A DNA stretch of 32,000 nucleotides from NCBI RefSeq assembly GCF_000172995.2, contig NC_014729.1, positions 540,001 through 572,000 of the forward strand, in the 5' to 3' direction. The DNA comes from Halogeometricum borinquense DSM 11551. Lineage in GTDB: Archaea > Halobacteriota > Halobacteria > Halobacteriales > Haloferacaceae. The notes beneath the pieces were generated by a model, which worked only from the letters and a program-made list of their open reading frames with translations, was not told the origin of the DNA and ran no database searches. The translations under genes and the position numbers were made by a program. How positions within the stretch are numbered: the first letter of the stretch is position 1; each line of letters opens with the position of its first letter. This document shows positions 16,984-24,970 of this stretch, one piece after another.

Positions 16984-18246
16984 ATGACCGGATTACGCCC
17001 GGATACGGGACGACAGGCGGGGACGATGCTCATCGTCTTCGGTGTCGTCCTTTTGGTCTCCTCGCTCGTCGTCAGTGCGGCCCTCGCACCGAGCGTCGGC
17101 GCCGCCGGTAACGACGGAACTCCTCAGACGCTCGTTGGGTCGCAAGGTGGCGGCCCCGGCCTCCACGAGAGCGGTTCCGTCTATCTCCTCGACGGGAAAG
17201 AGACCAAATGGAAAGCGGCAGAGACAGACAGCTATTTCGACGTGACGATGCTCGACAACGGGAGCGTCGCCACGGGGTTCATGGACTCCGGATACGAGGA
17301 CTGTGAACCGTACGAATCTCCGTGTACGCACACCGGCTTCCGCATCCTCGAACCGACCGACGACGGCGGTGCTGAAATCGTCTACGAGTACTCCTTCCCC
17401 GTTCGGACGCGTTCGAACAGCGAGGTCCACGACGTGGAACTGCTGGACTCCGGCGAGTTCCTCGTCAGCGACATGGAGTACGAGCGCATCTTCACCGTGA
17501 AAAACGGCGAGGTGACGTGGCAGTGGAACGCGAGTTCGATGTACGACGCGCCCGCGGACCCGACGACGACCGATTGGCTCCACATCAACGACGTGGACGC
17601 GCTTTCCGAAGACCGGTATCTCGTCTCGGTTCGCAACGCGAACCAACTCGTCGTGATCGAACGCGGTGAGGGCGTCGTTGAGGTTATCAACAAAGACGAG
17701 AACGGCGACGGCACCGGCGACCCCGAGGTACTGCTGCAACAGCACAACCCTCAGTGGTTAAACAACGGGTCGGTCCTCGTCGCCGACAGTCACAACGACC
17801 GTATCGTCGAACTCCACCGTAACAACACAACGGACGAGTGGGAAGTCGCCTGGGCCGTCTACGAGGCCGAGGGCGTCCCGTTCAGTTGGCCGCGCGACGC
17901 GGATCGGCTGGCGAACGGCAACACGCTCATCACCGACTCGCTGAACCAACGCGTCGTGGAGGTGAACGAGTCCGGCATGACGGTGTGGAGTTACAAGACT
18001 CCCTACGTCCCCTACGAGGCCGAACGCCTCCCCGAGGGTGAGACGGTCGGTGCCACCACCTACGCCGTCAATGAGGACGCCACGGTGTACGGTAATGGGG
18101 ACGTGCCCGTCCTCTCGCTACTGTTGATCCTCTTCCAGACGGGGATTCAGGTACCGTTCTGGTTCACCGAACTGCACGTCGGGGTAACGCTCGTCTCTCT
18201 GACGATGACGATTGCAGGAACCGTTCTCATCGTCCGCGACCGATAG
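16984..18246 (+). CDS. Arylsulfotransferase (ASST)-like / beta-propeller repeat protein with N- and C-terminal transmembrane helices, 420 aa
   Basis: It has an N-terminal helix (MLIVFGVVLLVSSLVVSAAL) and C-terminal helices. Repeated propeller-like blades are visible (LDNGS, LDSGEFLVSD, NNGSVLVADSHNDRIVEL, ANGNTLITDSLNQRVVEV). An alternative start is at 17026. Confidence 0.55.
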   Translation: MTGLRPDTGRQAGTMLIVFGVVLLVSSLVVSAALAPSVGAAGNDGTPQTLVGSQGGGPGLHESGSVYLLDGKETKWKAAETDSYFDVTMLDNGSVATGFMDSGYEDCEPYESPCTHTGFRILEPTDDGGAEIVYEYSFPVRTRSNSEVHDVELLDSGEFLVSDMEYERIFTVKNGEVTWQWNASSMYDAPADPTTTDWLHINDVDALSEDRYLVSVRNANQLVVIERGEGVVEVINKDENGDGTGDPEVLLQQHNPQWLNNGSVLVADSHNDRIVELHRNNTTDEWEVAWAVYEAEGVPFSWPRDADRLANGNTLITDSLNQRVVEVNESGMTVWSYKTPYVPYEAERLPEGETVGATTYAVNEDATVYGNGDVPVLSLLLILFQTGIQVPFWFTELHVGVTLVSLTMTIAGTVLIVRDR

Positions 18247-18327
18247 CCCCGGTCCGTCTATCCTTCGATACGGGGTGAAGCGCTTCCCACCACGCGGCTT
18301 TTTCTGGTATCCGACCGGAGACGGCGT

Positions 18328-18903
18328 ATGGTCGATGACGACGACACTGCACAGGCGGACGAACTCGCGTGGGAAACGACCGCTTCTGCTGTAGAGTACA
18401 CCTGTCCGGGGTTCGACGTTCAGATGGACGACGTCGTTCTTCCCGATGGGACGGAGACGGAGTTCCACTACGTTGACGAACCGGAAGCCGTCGTCGTGCT
18501 TCCGTTCACGCCCGACGACGACGTCGTTCTCGTCGAAGAGTGGCGGCAGGCGGTCGGTCGAGTGAATCGCGGCCTTCCGGCAGGCTCACTGGAATCCGAC
18601 GACGACGATATCGCCGCGGCGGCCCGGCGCGAACTCACTGAGGAGACGGGCTACGAGGCCGGTTCGCTCGAATACGTTGGGTCAGTTGAGCCGGCAAACG
18701 GTCTCTTGAACAGCGTGCACCACCACTTCGTCGCCCGCGACTGCGAGCCGACCGGAGAGCAGGAACTCGACTTCAACGAGAGCATTCGCGTCGCCGTCGA
18801 ACCGTACGACGACGTACTCACAGCCGCGTTAGATGGCGAAATGCGTGACGGCCGCGCTCTCCACGGAGTTCTCCGCTACGAACTCGCAGAGCGTTGGCGG
18901 TGA
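18328..18903 (+). CDS. Nudix hydrolase (ADP-ribose pyrophosphatase-like), 191 aa
   Basis: A Nudix-box-like segment is present: GSLESDDDDIAAAARRELTEETGYEA. Confidence 0.8.
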   Translation: MVDDDDTAQADELAWETTASAVEYTCPGFDVQMDDVVLPDGTETEFHYVDEPEAVVVLPFTPDDDVVLVEEWRQAVGRVNRGLPAGSLESDDDDIAAAARRELTEETGYEAGSLEYVGSVEPANGLLNSVHHHFVARDCEPTGEQELDFNESIRVAVEPYDDVLTAALDGEMRDGRALHGVLRYELAERWR

Positions 18904-18966
18904 GTCGATAGTGTGGAGAGGTCGTGAGGCAACCGAACCACGAATCGTTTTGACGGAGCGTTACCA

Positions 18967-19749
18967 ATGCAGACTGTGTCCTCCGAACCAGACGCTTCCT
19001 CGCCCAGTAGTCAACTTCGTGCACTCGCAGTCGCCATACTTCTCGCCATCGCCGGACCAGCACTCGGCATCGCTTTCGTCTTCCTCGTCTCGGTTCCGCT
19101 AGTGCTCACCGGGATCGAGATCACGCCGATACTCAACATCTCGATTTCCCTCGTCTTCCTGACGTGGGGCGGCATCGGCGGGATGGCGTTCCTGTACCTC
19201 AGGTACCGCAACGAAGACCTTTCGTACTTCGGGATTCACCTCCCGGGCCCCCGTGACATCCTCGCCGCCGGCATCGGTTACGTAGCGGCTCTCGGCCTCG
19301 GCTACTCGTCTGTCATCCTCGTGAGCCAGTTGAACGTCGAGACGGGAACCAACCAAGCCGCGCAGTTGGGGATGGAGAATCCCGAGGTGTTGCTGCTCTT
19401 GATCCCCGCCTCGTTCCTGTTCATCGGCGTCGGTGAGGAACTGTTGTTCCGCGGCGTCGTCCAGAGTCGCCTCCGAGAGTCGTTCTCGCCTGCCGTCGGT
19501 ATCTTGCTTGCAAGCGTCATCTTCGCCGCCATTCACTTCTTTGCTATCGGTGGGACTCCGATGGCCCGTCTCACCAGTATTAGCATCTTGCTCTTACCAA
19601 GCGTCGTCTTCGGCATCGTCTACGAGTATACGGATAACCTCCTCGTTCCGATATTCATCCACGGCGCGTACGATGCGACTATCTTCTTCTTCCTCTATCT
19701 CGCGGTGAAGTTCGGCACTGTCCCGCAGGAGTCGTTCCTCTTTTTCTGA
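18967..19749 (+). CDS. CPBP family intramembrane glutamic endopeptidase (CAAX protease-like), 260 aa
   Basis: It is a polytopic membrane protein with GEELLFRG (EExxxR), FAAIHF (FxxxH) and IHGAYD (HxxxD) motifs. Confidence 0.85.
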   Translation: MQTVSSEPDASSPSSQLRALAVAILLAIAGPALGIAFVFLVSVPLVLTGIEITPILNISISLVFLTWGGIGGMAFLYLRYRNEDLSYFGIHLPGPRDILAAGIGYVAALGLGYSSVILVSQLNVETGTNQAAQLGMENPEVLLLLIPASFLFIGVGEELLFRGVVQSRLRESFSPAVGILLASVIFAAIHFFAIGGTPMARLTSISILLLPSVVFGIVYEYTDNLLVPIFIHGAYDATIFFFLYLAVKFGTVPQESFLFF

Positions 19750-19764
19750 GTTCCGCTCGCCCCG

Positions 19765-20361
19765 TTATTTTACGTCGAGGCCCGCCGCTGAGAGGGTCCG
19801 CTGGGCCTCCTCGAATCGTTCCTCACCGTCGGACGTGTACAGCGAAGGGAGCATGAGAACTCGCTTTCTGGTCGCGCCGTCGGCGTCGTACTCGACGAGG
19901 AGGCGGGGACTCGTGAGACCTTTCGTGCCACGATTGGATTTGACGGTCCGTACATCCGCCAACGGGATGCGACTCGCGGAGGTGTACCCCTGTACGATTC
20001 GTCGGAAGGCGGAAATAATGACGAACACGCCGATGGCGCTGAGAAAAATGAGTGCTGGCGTTCCAAGTGGGTCCTCCCGTGTCACCCAGAGGGCTGTCCC
20101 CAAGCCGTAGAGTGGCGCGAACATCGCCGCAAGAAAGACGAACCGACCAACCCATCCGCTCGACCAGTAATCATACATATTTCGATAGGTCCCCACGAAT
20201 GATTCTTCGACGTGGAGATACGTGTCGTCTACGAGGCAGCGGCCGCGTTTCGTGCGAAACGAGCGAACCGAATCACCCCGTTCGTCTGCCGATGTCGCGG
20301 GTTCCGGCGGTGCATTCTGCTGTGCCGGTTCAGCTTCTTCTGTCATCGATTCGGAGGGCAT
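19765..20361 (-). CDS. Hypothetical membrane protein (198 aa): acidic N-terminus, two central TM helices, soluble C-terminal domain
   Basis: The composition and helices (FVFLAAMFAPLYGLGTALWV, ALIFLSAIGVFVIISAF) support it. I recognise no motif. Confidence 0.5.
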   Translation of the reverse strand: MPSESMTEEAEPAQQNAPPEPATSADERGDSVRSFRTKRGRCLVDDTYLHVEESFVGTYRNMYDYWSSGWVGRFVFLAAMFAPLYGLGTALWVTREDPLGTPALIFLSAIGVFVIISAFRRIVQGYTSASRIPLADVRTVKSNRGTKGLTSPRLLVEYDADGATRKRVLMLPSLYTSDGEERFEEAQRTLSAAGLDVK

Positions 20362-20533
20362 CCTGGCCCCTCTTTTCCCGTCATCGGCTTGAACGTTCTC
20401 ATCGTTCCGACGCGCAGTACTTCACACCGCAAAATATCGTCGTGGCGCGGGTGCTCGCACGGTTGTCGCTTTGTACCGGTAATCGCTGAGCCGGTGAGAC
20501 CGAGTACCGGTACAACAGTTGCAACCGTCCGTA

Positions 20534-22081
20534 TCAGTCCGACTGCCCCATCCCGGCGGCGTTGTTCGGAACCGCCTGTTGGTTCGCAGATAGCGTGTCA
20601 TCGGTCTGCGTGGGTTCGTCGGTCTCGTCGGACTCACCCTCGTTTAACTCCATCGGCGTCTGCGATACCTCGAATCCGGAGACGATGGCCTGCAACTGCT
20701 GGGCCTGCTCTGAGAGTTCGTTCGACGCCGATGCGATCTCCTGCGTCGCGGCCGTCTGTTCTTCGGCCGCCGCGGAGACGTTCTGTGCTTCCGTCGCCGT
20801 CTGATCGCTGAGGTCCGTCACCTCGTCCACCATCGAGACGACTCCTTGCGTGGACTTGGACTGTTCGTCCGTGGCGTCGCTGATCGACTGAATCGATTCG
20901 TTGCTCTCCTCGATTCGGCCGACCACGTCTCCGAGTTTTTCGATGGCTTCGCCCACGGTATCCCGACTGCGCTGAATCTCGTTTTGCGTCTCGTAGATGT
21001 CGTCGGTGACGTTCTCGGTGGACGTTTCGACGCCGTCGATCAGCGATTCGACCTCCTCGGTCGCTTTCGCCGTCTCTTCAGCCAGCGACTTCACTTCTGA
21101 TGCGACCACTGCGAATCCCTCGCCCGCATCGCCGGCGCTTGCAGCCTCGATAGACGCGTTCAGCGCGAGGATGTTCGTCTTGTCCGCGATGTCGTCGATG
21201 AGTTCTACGACCTCGCCAATCTGTTCGACCGACGACTGGAGTTCCTCGACCTCGGCGACGGTTTCGCTCGCCCGCGATTCGAGCTGTTCCATCTTTTCGG
21301 TCCCTTTGTTTGCGGCTTTGCGGCTCTCTTTGGCCTGTTCGACGGTCCGCTGGGACTCCGCGGCGACTTCATCCGCCGAGGAGGCGATTTCCTCAATCGT
21401 CGCCGAGAGGTTGCTGAGTTCGCCGCTGGCGTTGTCGAGATTCCGGTGTTGTGTCTCCGTTGCTGCCGAAATCTCCTCAACGCTACTGGCCACGTCGGTA
21501 CTGGTCTGCTTTACCGCGTTCGCGCTCGTGGTGACTTCGGTACTCTCCTCGTCCACGCGCTGGGCGAACGACTGTATCTGGAGCGTGACCGATTCGATGT
21601 CAGCGACCATCGAGTTGAACGCCTGTCCGATTCGCGTCATCGCGTCGCTCTCGCTGTCGGGATCAACCCGAACTGTCAGGTCGCCGTCGGAGGCGGCTTC
21701 CATCTTCTCGCTGTACGACTCCGCCTGCTGTTCGAGCGTCTCGGTCAGCGCGTTGAGTTCTTCGCTCTTCTCCTCAGCGTCCGAGACGAGAACTTTCATG
21801 TCCTCGACGATGGCGAGCGTTGCCGTCCCACCGATGGCGAACACGGCGACCGTCGAAGCCATGAGTGGGCCTGTTGCAAGGTCGAACACCTCCGCGTAGA
21901 TACCCGCTTTTTCCAGCATGAGTGCTATCGTCCACGCAACGCCCAACACGGACGCGAAGGTGAACGTCATCCAGAACGGCGACTCTGCGTCGCTGTCACG
22001 GTAGTTAAGGTAGCCGAGCGCTGCCGCACCGACGAATCCCAGAGCGCCGATGGCGTCGAATATGGGTGCAATTGCAACCAT
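20534..22081 (-). CDS. Methyl-accepting chemotaxis protein / halobacterial transducer (Htr), 515 aa, with 3 N-terminal TM helices and no extracellular domain
   Basis: It has the highly conserved signalling hairpin IADKTNILALNASIEAASAGDAGEGFAVVASEVKSLAEET, heptad-rich methylation helices, and a HAMP-like segment after the third TM helix. Confidence 0.9.
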   Translation of the reverse strand: MVAIAPIFDAIGALGFVGAAALGYLNYRDSDAESPFWMTFTFASVLGVAWTIALMLEKAGIYAEVFDLATGPLMASTVAVFAIGGTATLAIVEDMKVLVSDAEEKSEELNALTETLEQQAESYSEKMEAASDGDLTVRVDPDSESDAMTRIGQAFNSMVADIESVTLQIQSFAQRVDEESTEVTTSANAVKQTSTDVASSVEEISAATETQHRNLDNASGELSNLSATIEEIASSADEVAAESQRTVEQAKESRKAANKGTEKMEQLESRASETVAEVEELQSSVEQIGEVVELIDDIADKTNILALNASIEAASAGDAGEGFAVVASEVKSLAEETAKATEEVESLIDGVETSTENVTDDIYETQNEIQRSRDTVGEAIEKLGDVVGRIEESNESIQSISDATDEQSKSTQGVVSMVDEVTDLSDQTATEAQNVSAAAEEQTAATQEIASASNELSEQAQQLQAIVSGFEVSQTPMELNEGESDETDEPTQTDDTLSANQQAVPNNAAGMGQSD

Positions 22082-22087
22082 TCGTGT

Positions 22088-22357
22088 TCACCCCTTCACA
22101 ACCGACTCACGGCGGACGTACGCCGCGGCCAGAAACACCACACCTGCGGCACCGATACCGATGGCGTGTTCGACGACGTTGAGCACTGGCTCCAGTGCAA
22201 ACGTTTCGAGGTTCGTTGCAACCATCCCCACCACGAGCAGGACGTAACCCGCGGTGAACAGTTTCGTCTCGTCCCTGTATTGCGTTAGCACCGGAACTAG
22301 CCCGATGAGCGAGACGACGAGTCCCGTTACTTCGAGTGGTGATAGACTCCCCAACAT
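22088..22357 (-). CDS. Small 3-TM membrane protein (89 aa) closely linked to the transducer gene (stop 6 nt before the Htr ATG)
   Basis: The ATG at 22355-22357 lies about 20-29 nt downstream of a TATA-like element. It has three hydrophobic helices. Its YRD and LE motifs mirror the Htr N-terminus. Confidence 0.6.
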   Translation of the reverse strand: MLGSLSPLEVTGLVVSLIGLVPVLTQYRDETKLFTAGYVLLVVGMVATNLETFALEPVLNVVEHAIGIGAAGVVFLAAAYVRRESVVKG

Positions 22358-22376
22358 AACTTGACGGAAGGCGAAG

Positions 22377-22386
22377 CTATACTTAA
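22377..22386 (-). promoter_or_regulatory. TATA-like box (minus strand TTAAGTATAG) for the mini-gene plus Htr operon
   Basis: It is an AT-rich element at about -20 to -29 from the ATG at 22357, consistent with a leaderless transcript. Confidence 0.35.
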
Positions 22387-22564
22387 CATCCGCGCCCAAA
22401 ATACCAATTCTGGTAACTAGAGTTATCTGTTTGGTTTCGAATATCCAACAATACTACCTGATCATAAACTAAAAACTGACCTTTAGTTTAAAACGCCAGT
22501 CACTGGCGGAACAGATACCGCTCACGAACGCAACCCTTAGCAACGCCCCTCGGAAAAACGAACC

Positions 22565-24067
22565 ATGCGCGATCACTTCGAGATACGCGATGGGGACGTT
22601 GCCGGCCGAATTGGCGAACTCACTGTCCCCCGCGCGGGCGTAACAGTTGAGACGCCGGCGTTGTTGCCGGTGATCAACCCCAACATCGTCACGGTGTCGC
22701 CCGCGCGCCTCGAATCCGAGTTCGGGGCGCAGATTCTCATCACGAACTCCTACATCATCCACAAGAACGACGACTTACACGAGGAAGCCCTCGACGTCGG
22801 TCTCCACGAGATGCTGGACTTCGACGGTGCGATCATGACCGACTCGGGGTCGTTCCAACTCGCGGAGTACGGCGATATCACGGTGACGACGCGTGAGATT
22901 CTGCAGTTCCAGTACGATATCGGGACGGACATCGGCACACCCGTCGATATTCCGACGCCGCCGGACGTGCCCCGCGAACAGGCCGAGCGCGAACTCGCCG
23001 TCACCGAGGAGGCTCTGCAAGATGCCGAAGACGTTGATACTGGTGAGATGCTGGTCAACGCACCCGTACAGGGTTCGACGTATCCGGACCTCCGAGAAGA
23101 GGCAGGTCGGGCGGCTTACGAAACCGACTTGGACGTGTTCCCCATCGGCGCTGTCGTTCCGTTGATGAACTCTTACCGCTACGACGACATGGTGGACGTT
23201 GTTGCGGGCGCAAAGCGGGGACTCGGCCGCGACGCGCCAATTCACCTGTTCGGCGCGGGCCATCCGATGATGTTCGCTCTCGCCGTCGCTATGGGGTGTG
23301 ACCTGTTCGATTCAGCGGCCTACGCGCTTTACGCCCGTGACGGCCGCTACCTCACCGTCCGCGGCACCGAACATTTAGAGGACCTCGACTATCTTCCGTG
23401 TTCGTGTCCCATCTGTACGTCGCACTCGCCGGACGAACTCCGCGCGGCCGACGAGACGGAACAGGAACGTCTTCTCGCAGAACACAACCTCCACGTTTCC
23501 TTCGAGGAACTGCACCGCGTGAAGCAGGCGATTCGCTCGGGCAATCTCCTCGAACTCGTCGAGGAACGTGCACGGTCACACCCGGCGATGCTCGATGGCT
23601 ACCGCGCTCTCCTCGAACACACCGACCAACTCGAACGCGAGGACCCCGTCTCGAAAGGGTCGTTCTTCTATCTCTCCGAGGAGAGTGCGTTCCGGCCCGA
23701 GGTCCGTCGGCACCACGACAGACTCGCTCGGCTGGATGCAACGGGGACAGTTCTGCTCACACAGGGCGGGACACCGAAAGGCGATCAGTTCGACGCGACG
23801 TGGCGGGTCGTCCCGCCGTTCGGTCCGTTCCCGCGCGCCCTCTCGGAAACGTACCCGCTCACTGCGGAGGTGCCGGACCGAACCGACCGCGCCGCCTACG
23901 AGATGGCCGCCGAGGGCGTCGCACGACTCGCCGCGGAGAATCCCGAGACCGCGTTCGTCCTCGCCCACGACGGGTGGCCTGAGTCAGCACTCGAACGCGT
24001 CCCGGACGACGTGACGACGGAGTCGATCCACAGCGTCTCGCCCGAAAACGGCGAGGAGACGGTCTGA
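22565..24067 (+). CDS. tgtA: Archaeosine tRNA-guanine transglycosylase (ArcTGT catalytic protein, without PUA domain), 500 aa
   Basis: It has [44 protein letters not shown], the LFGAGHP Zn site and CSCPICTSH. Confidence 0.9.
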   Translation: MRDHFEIRDGDVAGRIGELTVPRAGVTVETPALLPVINPNIVTVSPARLESEFGAQILITNSYIIHKNDDLHEEALDVGLHEMLDFDGAIMTDSGSFQLAEYGDITVTTREILQFQYDIGTDIGTPVDIPTPPDVPREQAERELAVTEEALQDAEDVDTGEMLVNAPVQGSTYPDLREEAGRAAYETDLDVFPIGAVVPLMNSYRYDDMVDVVAGAKRGLGRDAPIHLFGAGHPMMFALAVAMGCDLFDSAAYALYARDGRYLTVRGTEHLEDLDYLPCSCPICTSHSPDELRAADETEQERLLAEHNLHVSFEELHRVKQAIRSGNLLELVEERARSHPAMLDGYRALLEHTDQLEREDPVSKGSFFYLSEESAFRPEVRRHHDRLARLDATGTVLLTQGGTPKGDQFDATWRVVPPFGPFPRALSETYPLTAEVPDRTDRAAYEMAAEGVARLAAENPETAFVLAHDGWPESALERVPDDVTTESIHSVSPENGEETV

Positions 24068-24146
24068 CTGTTCAGTTTCGACTAGACGACCACATCAACC
24101 GATCCGTTCGATGGGCTTAGGTGGCGCGCGCGAGTGACTGCGTACG

Positions 24147-24422
24147 ATGGAGGCCGTCTTGTGGTACGTACTCACGGGCACGCGTGGCGGAGCGAACCGT
24201 GCGCGTATCCTTCGCGCCCTCGACTCGCGGCCTCGGAATGCGAACCAACTCGCTGAAGACCTCGATTTAGACTACAAGACGGTCAGACACCACCTCGACG
24301 TACTGATGGAAAACAGCGTCGTCCAGAGTAGCGGGGACGATTACGGTGCCGTTTACCTCCCCACTGATCGGGCACGCGCGAACTGGGACACGATAGAGGA
24401 GATACTGGACGGAATGGACTAA
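24147..24422 (+). CDS. Winged-helix (ArsR-like) transcriptional regulator, 91 aa
   Basis: It has ARILRALDSRPRNANQLAEDLDLDYKTVRHHLDVLMENSVV. It has no Cys, so there is no classical ArsR metal site. Confidence 0.8.
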   Translation: MEAVLWYVLTGTRGGANRARILRALDSRPRNANQLAEDLDLDYKTVRHHLDVLMENSVVQSSGDDYGAVYLPTDRARANWDTIEEILDGMD

Positions 24423-24476
24423 CCATGGTGGAATTTGGGAAAGTGTATATCAAGTGCAGGCGGCAAGGGAGAACGA

Positions 24477-24782
24477 ATGAGCATCTGGTTTGACGTTGCG
24501 CGGGTTGCGAGCGCCCTGAACGTCCTGTTACTGCTAGGTCTCGCCTCGGTCTGGGCCCGTAACTATCTCGAAATCCGCTCGAAGTACCCGCTCGGTCTCC
24601 TCGTCTTCGCCGTCCTTCTCCTCGCCGAGAACGCCCTCGCGTTGTATATCTACCTCGTGGACCCCACGCTGAGGGACTGGTTCACCACTGACGTTCCGGC
24701 TATCGCGTGGCGAGCGATGATGCTCCTGCACGTCCTCGAAACGCTCGGTCTGCTGTTCCTCGCGTGGATTACGTTCGACTGA
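24477..24782 (+). CDS. Small 3-TM membrane protein (101 aa) paired with the HTH gene
   Basis: The ATG is at 24477 and three hydrophobic helices are visible. It is on the same strand, 54 nt after the regulator. Confidence 0.55.
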   Translation: MSIWFDVARVASALNVLLLLGLASVWARNYLEIRSKYPLGLLVFAVLLLAENALALYIYLVDPTLRDWFTTDVPAIAWRAMMLLHVLETLGLLFLAWITFD

Positions 24783-24943
24783 CGCTTCTTTTCGGCTGTC
24801 TTTACCCGCTCTTGTTTGTCGCCTGTTGATACTGTCGCGCTGACACACCGTTCTGACTTCGTGACAGTTCCGATGCCGGTCGAAAAACCGAGGCACGTCG
24901 GTCGAATCAGGGGTGAATTTGGGTGAAAGTCCGGAAAATCTTC

Positions 24944-24952
24944 TTTTAAATA
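24944..24952 (+). promoter_or_regulatory. TATA box TTTTAAATA for the repeat-protein gene
   Basis: Its centre lies about 23 nt upstream of the ATG at 24971, which fits a leaderless haloarchaeal transcript. Confidence 0.4.
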
Positions 24953-24970
24953 TCGATCCCCGTCCATGGT

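Noticed and set aside
22358-22399. A TTG start that would extend the transducer-associated mini-gene to 103 aa
   Set aside because: The extension would run through the TATA-like element. The ATG at 22357 is at leaderless distance from that element.
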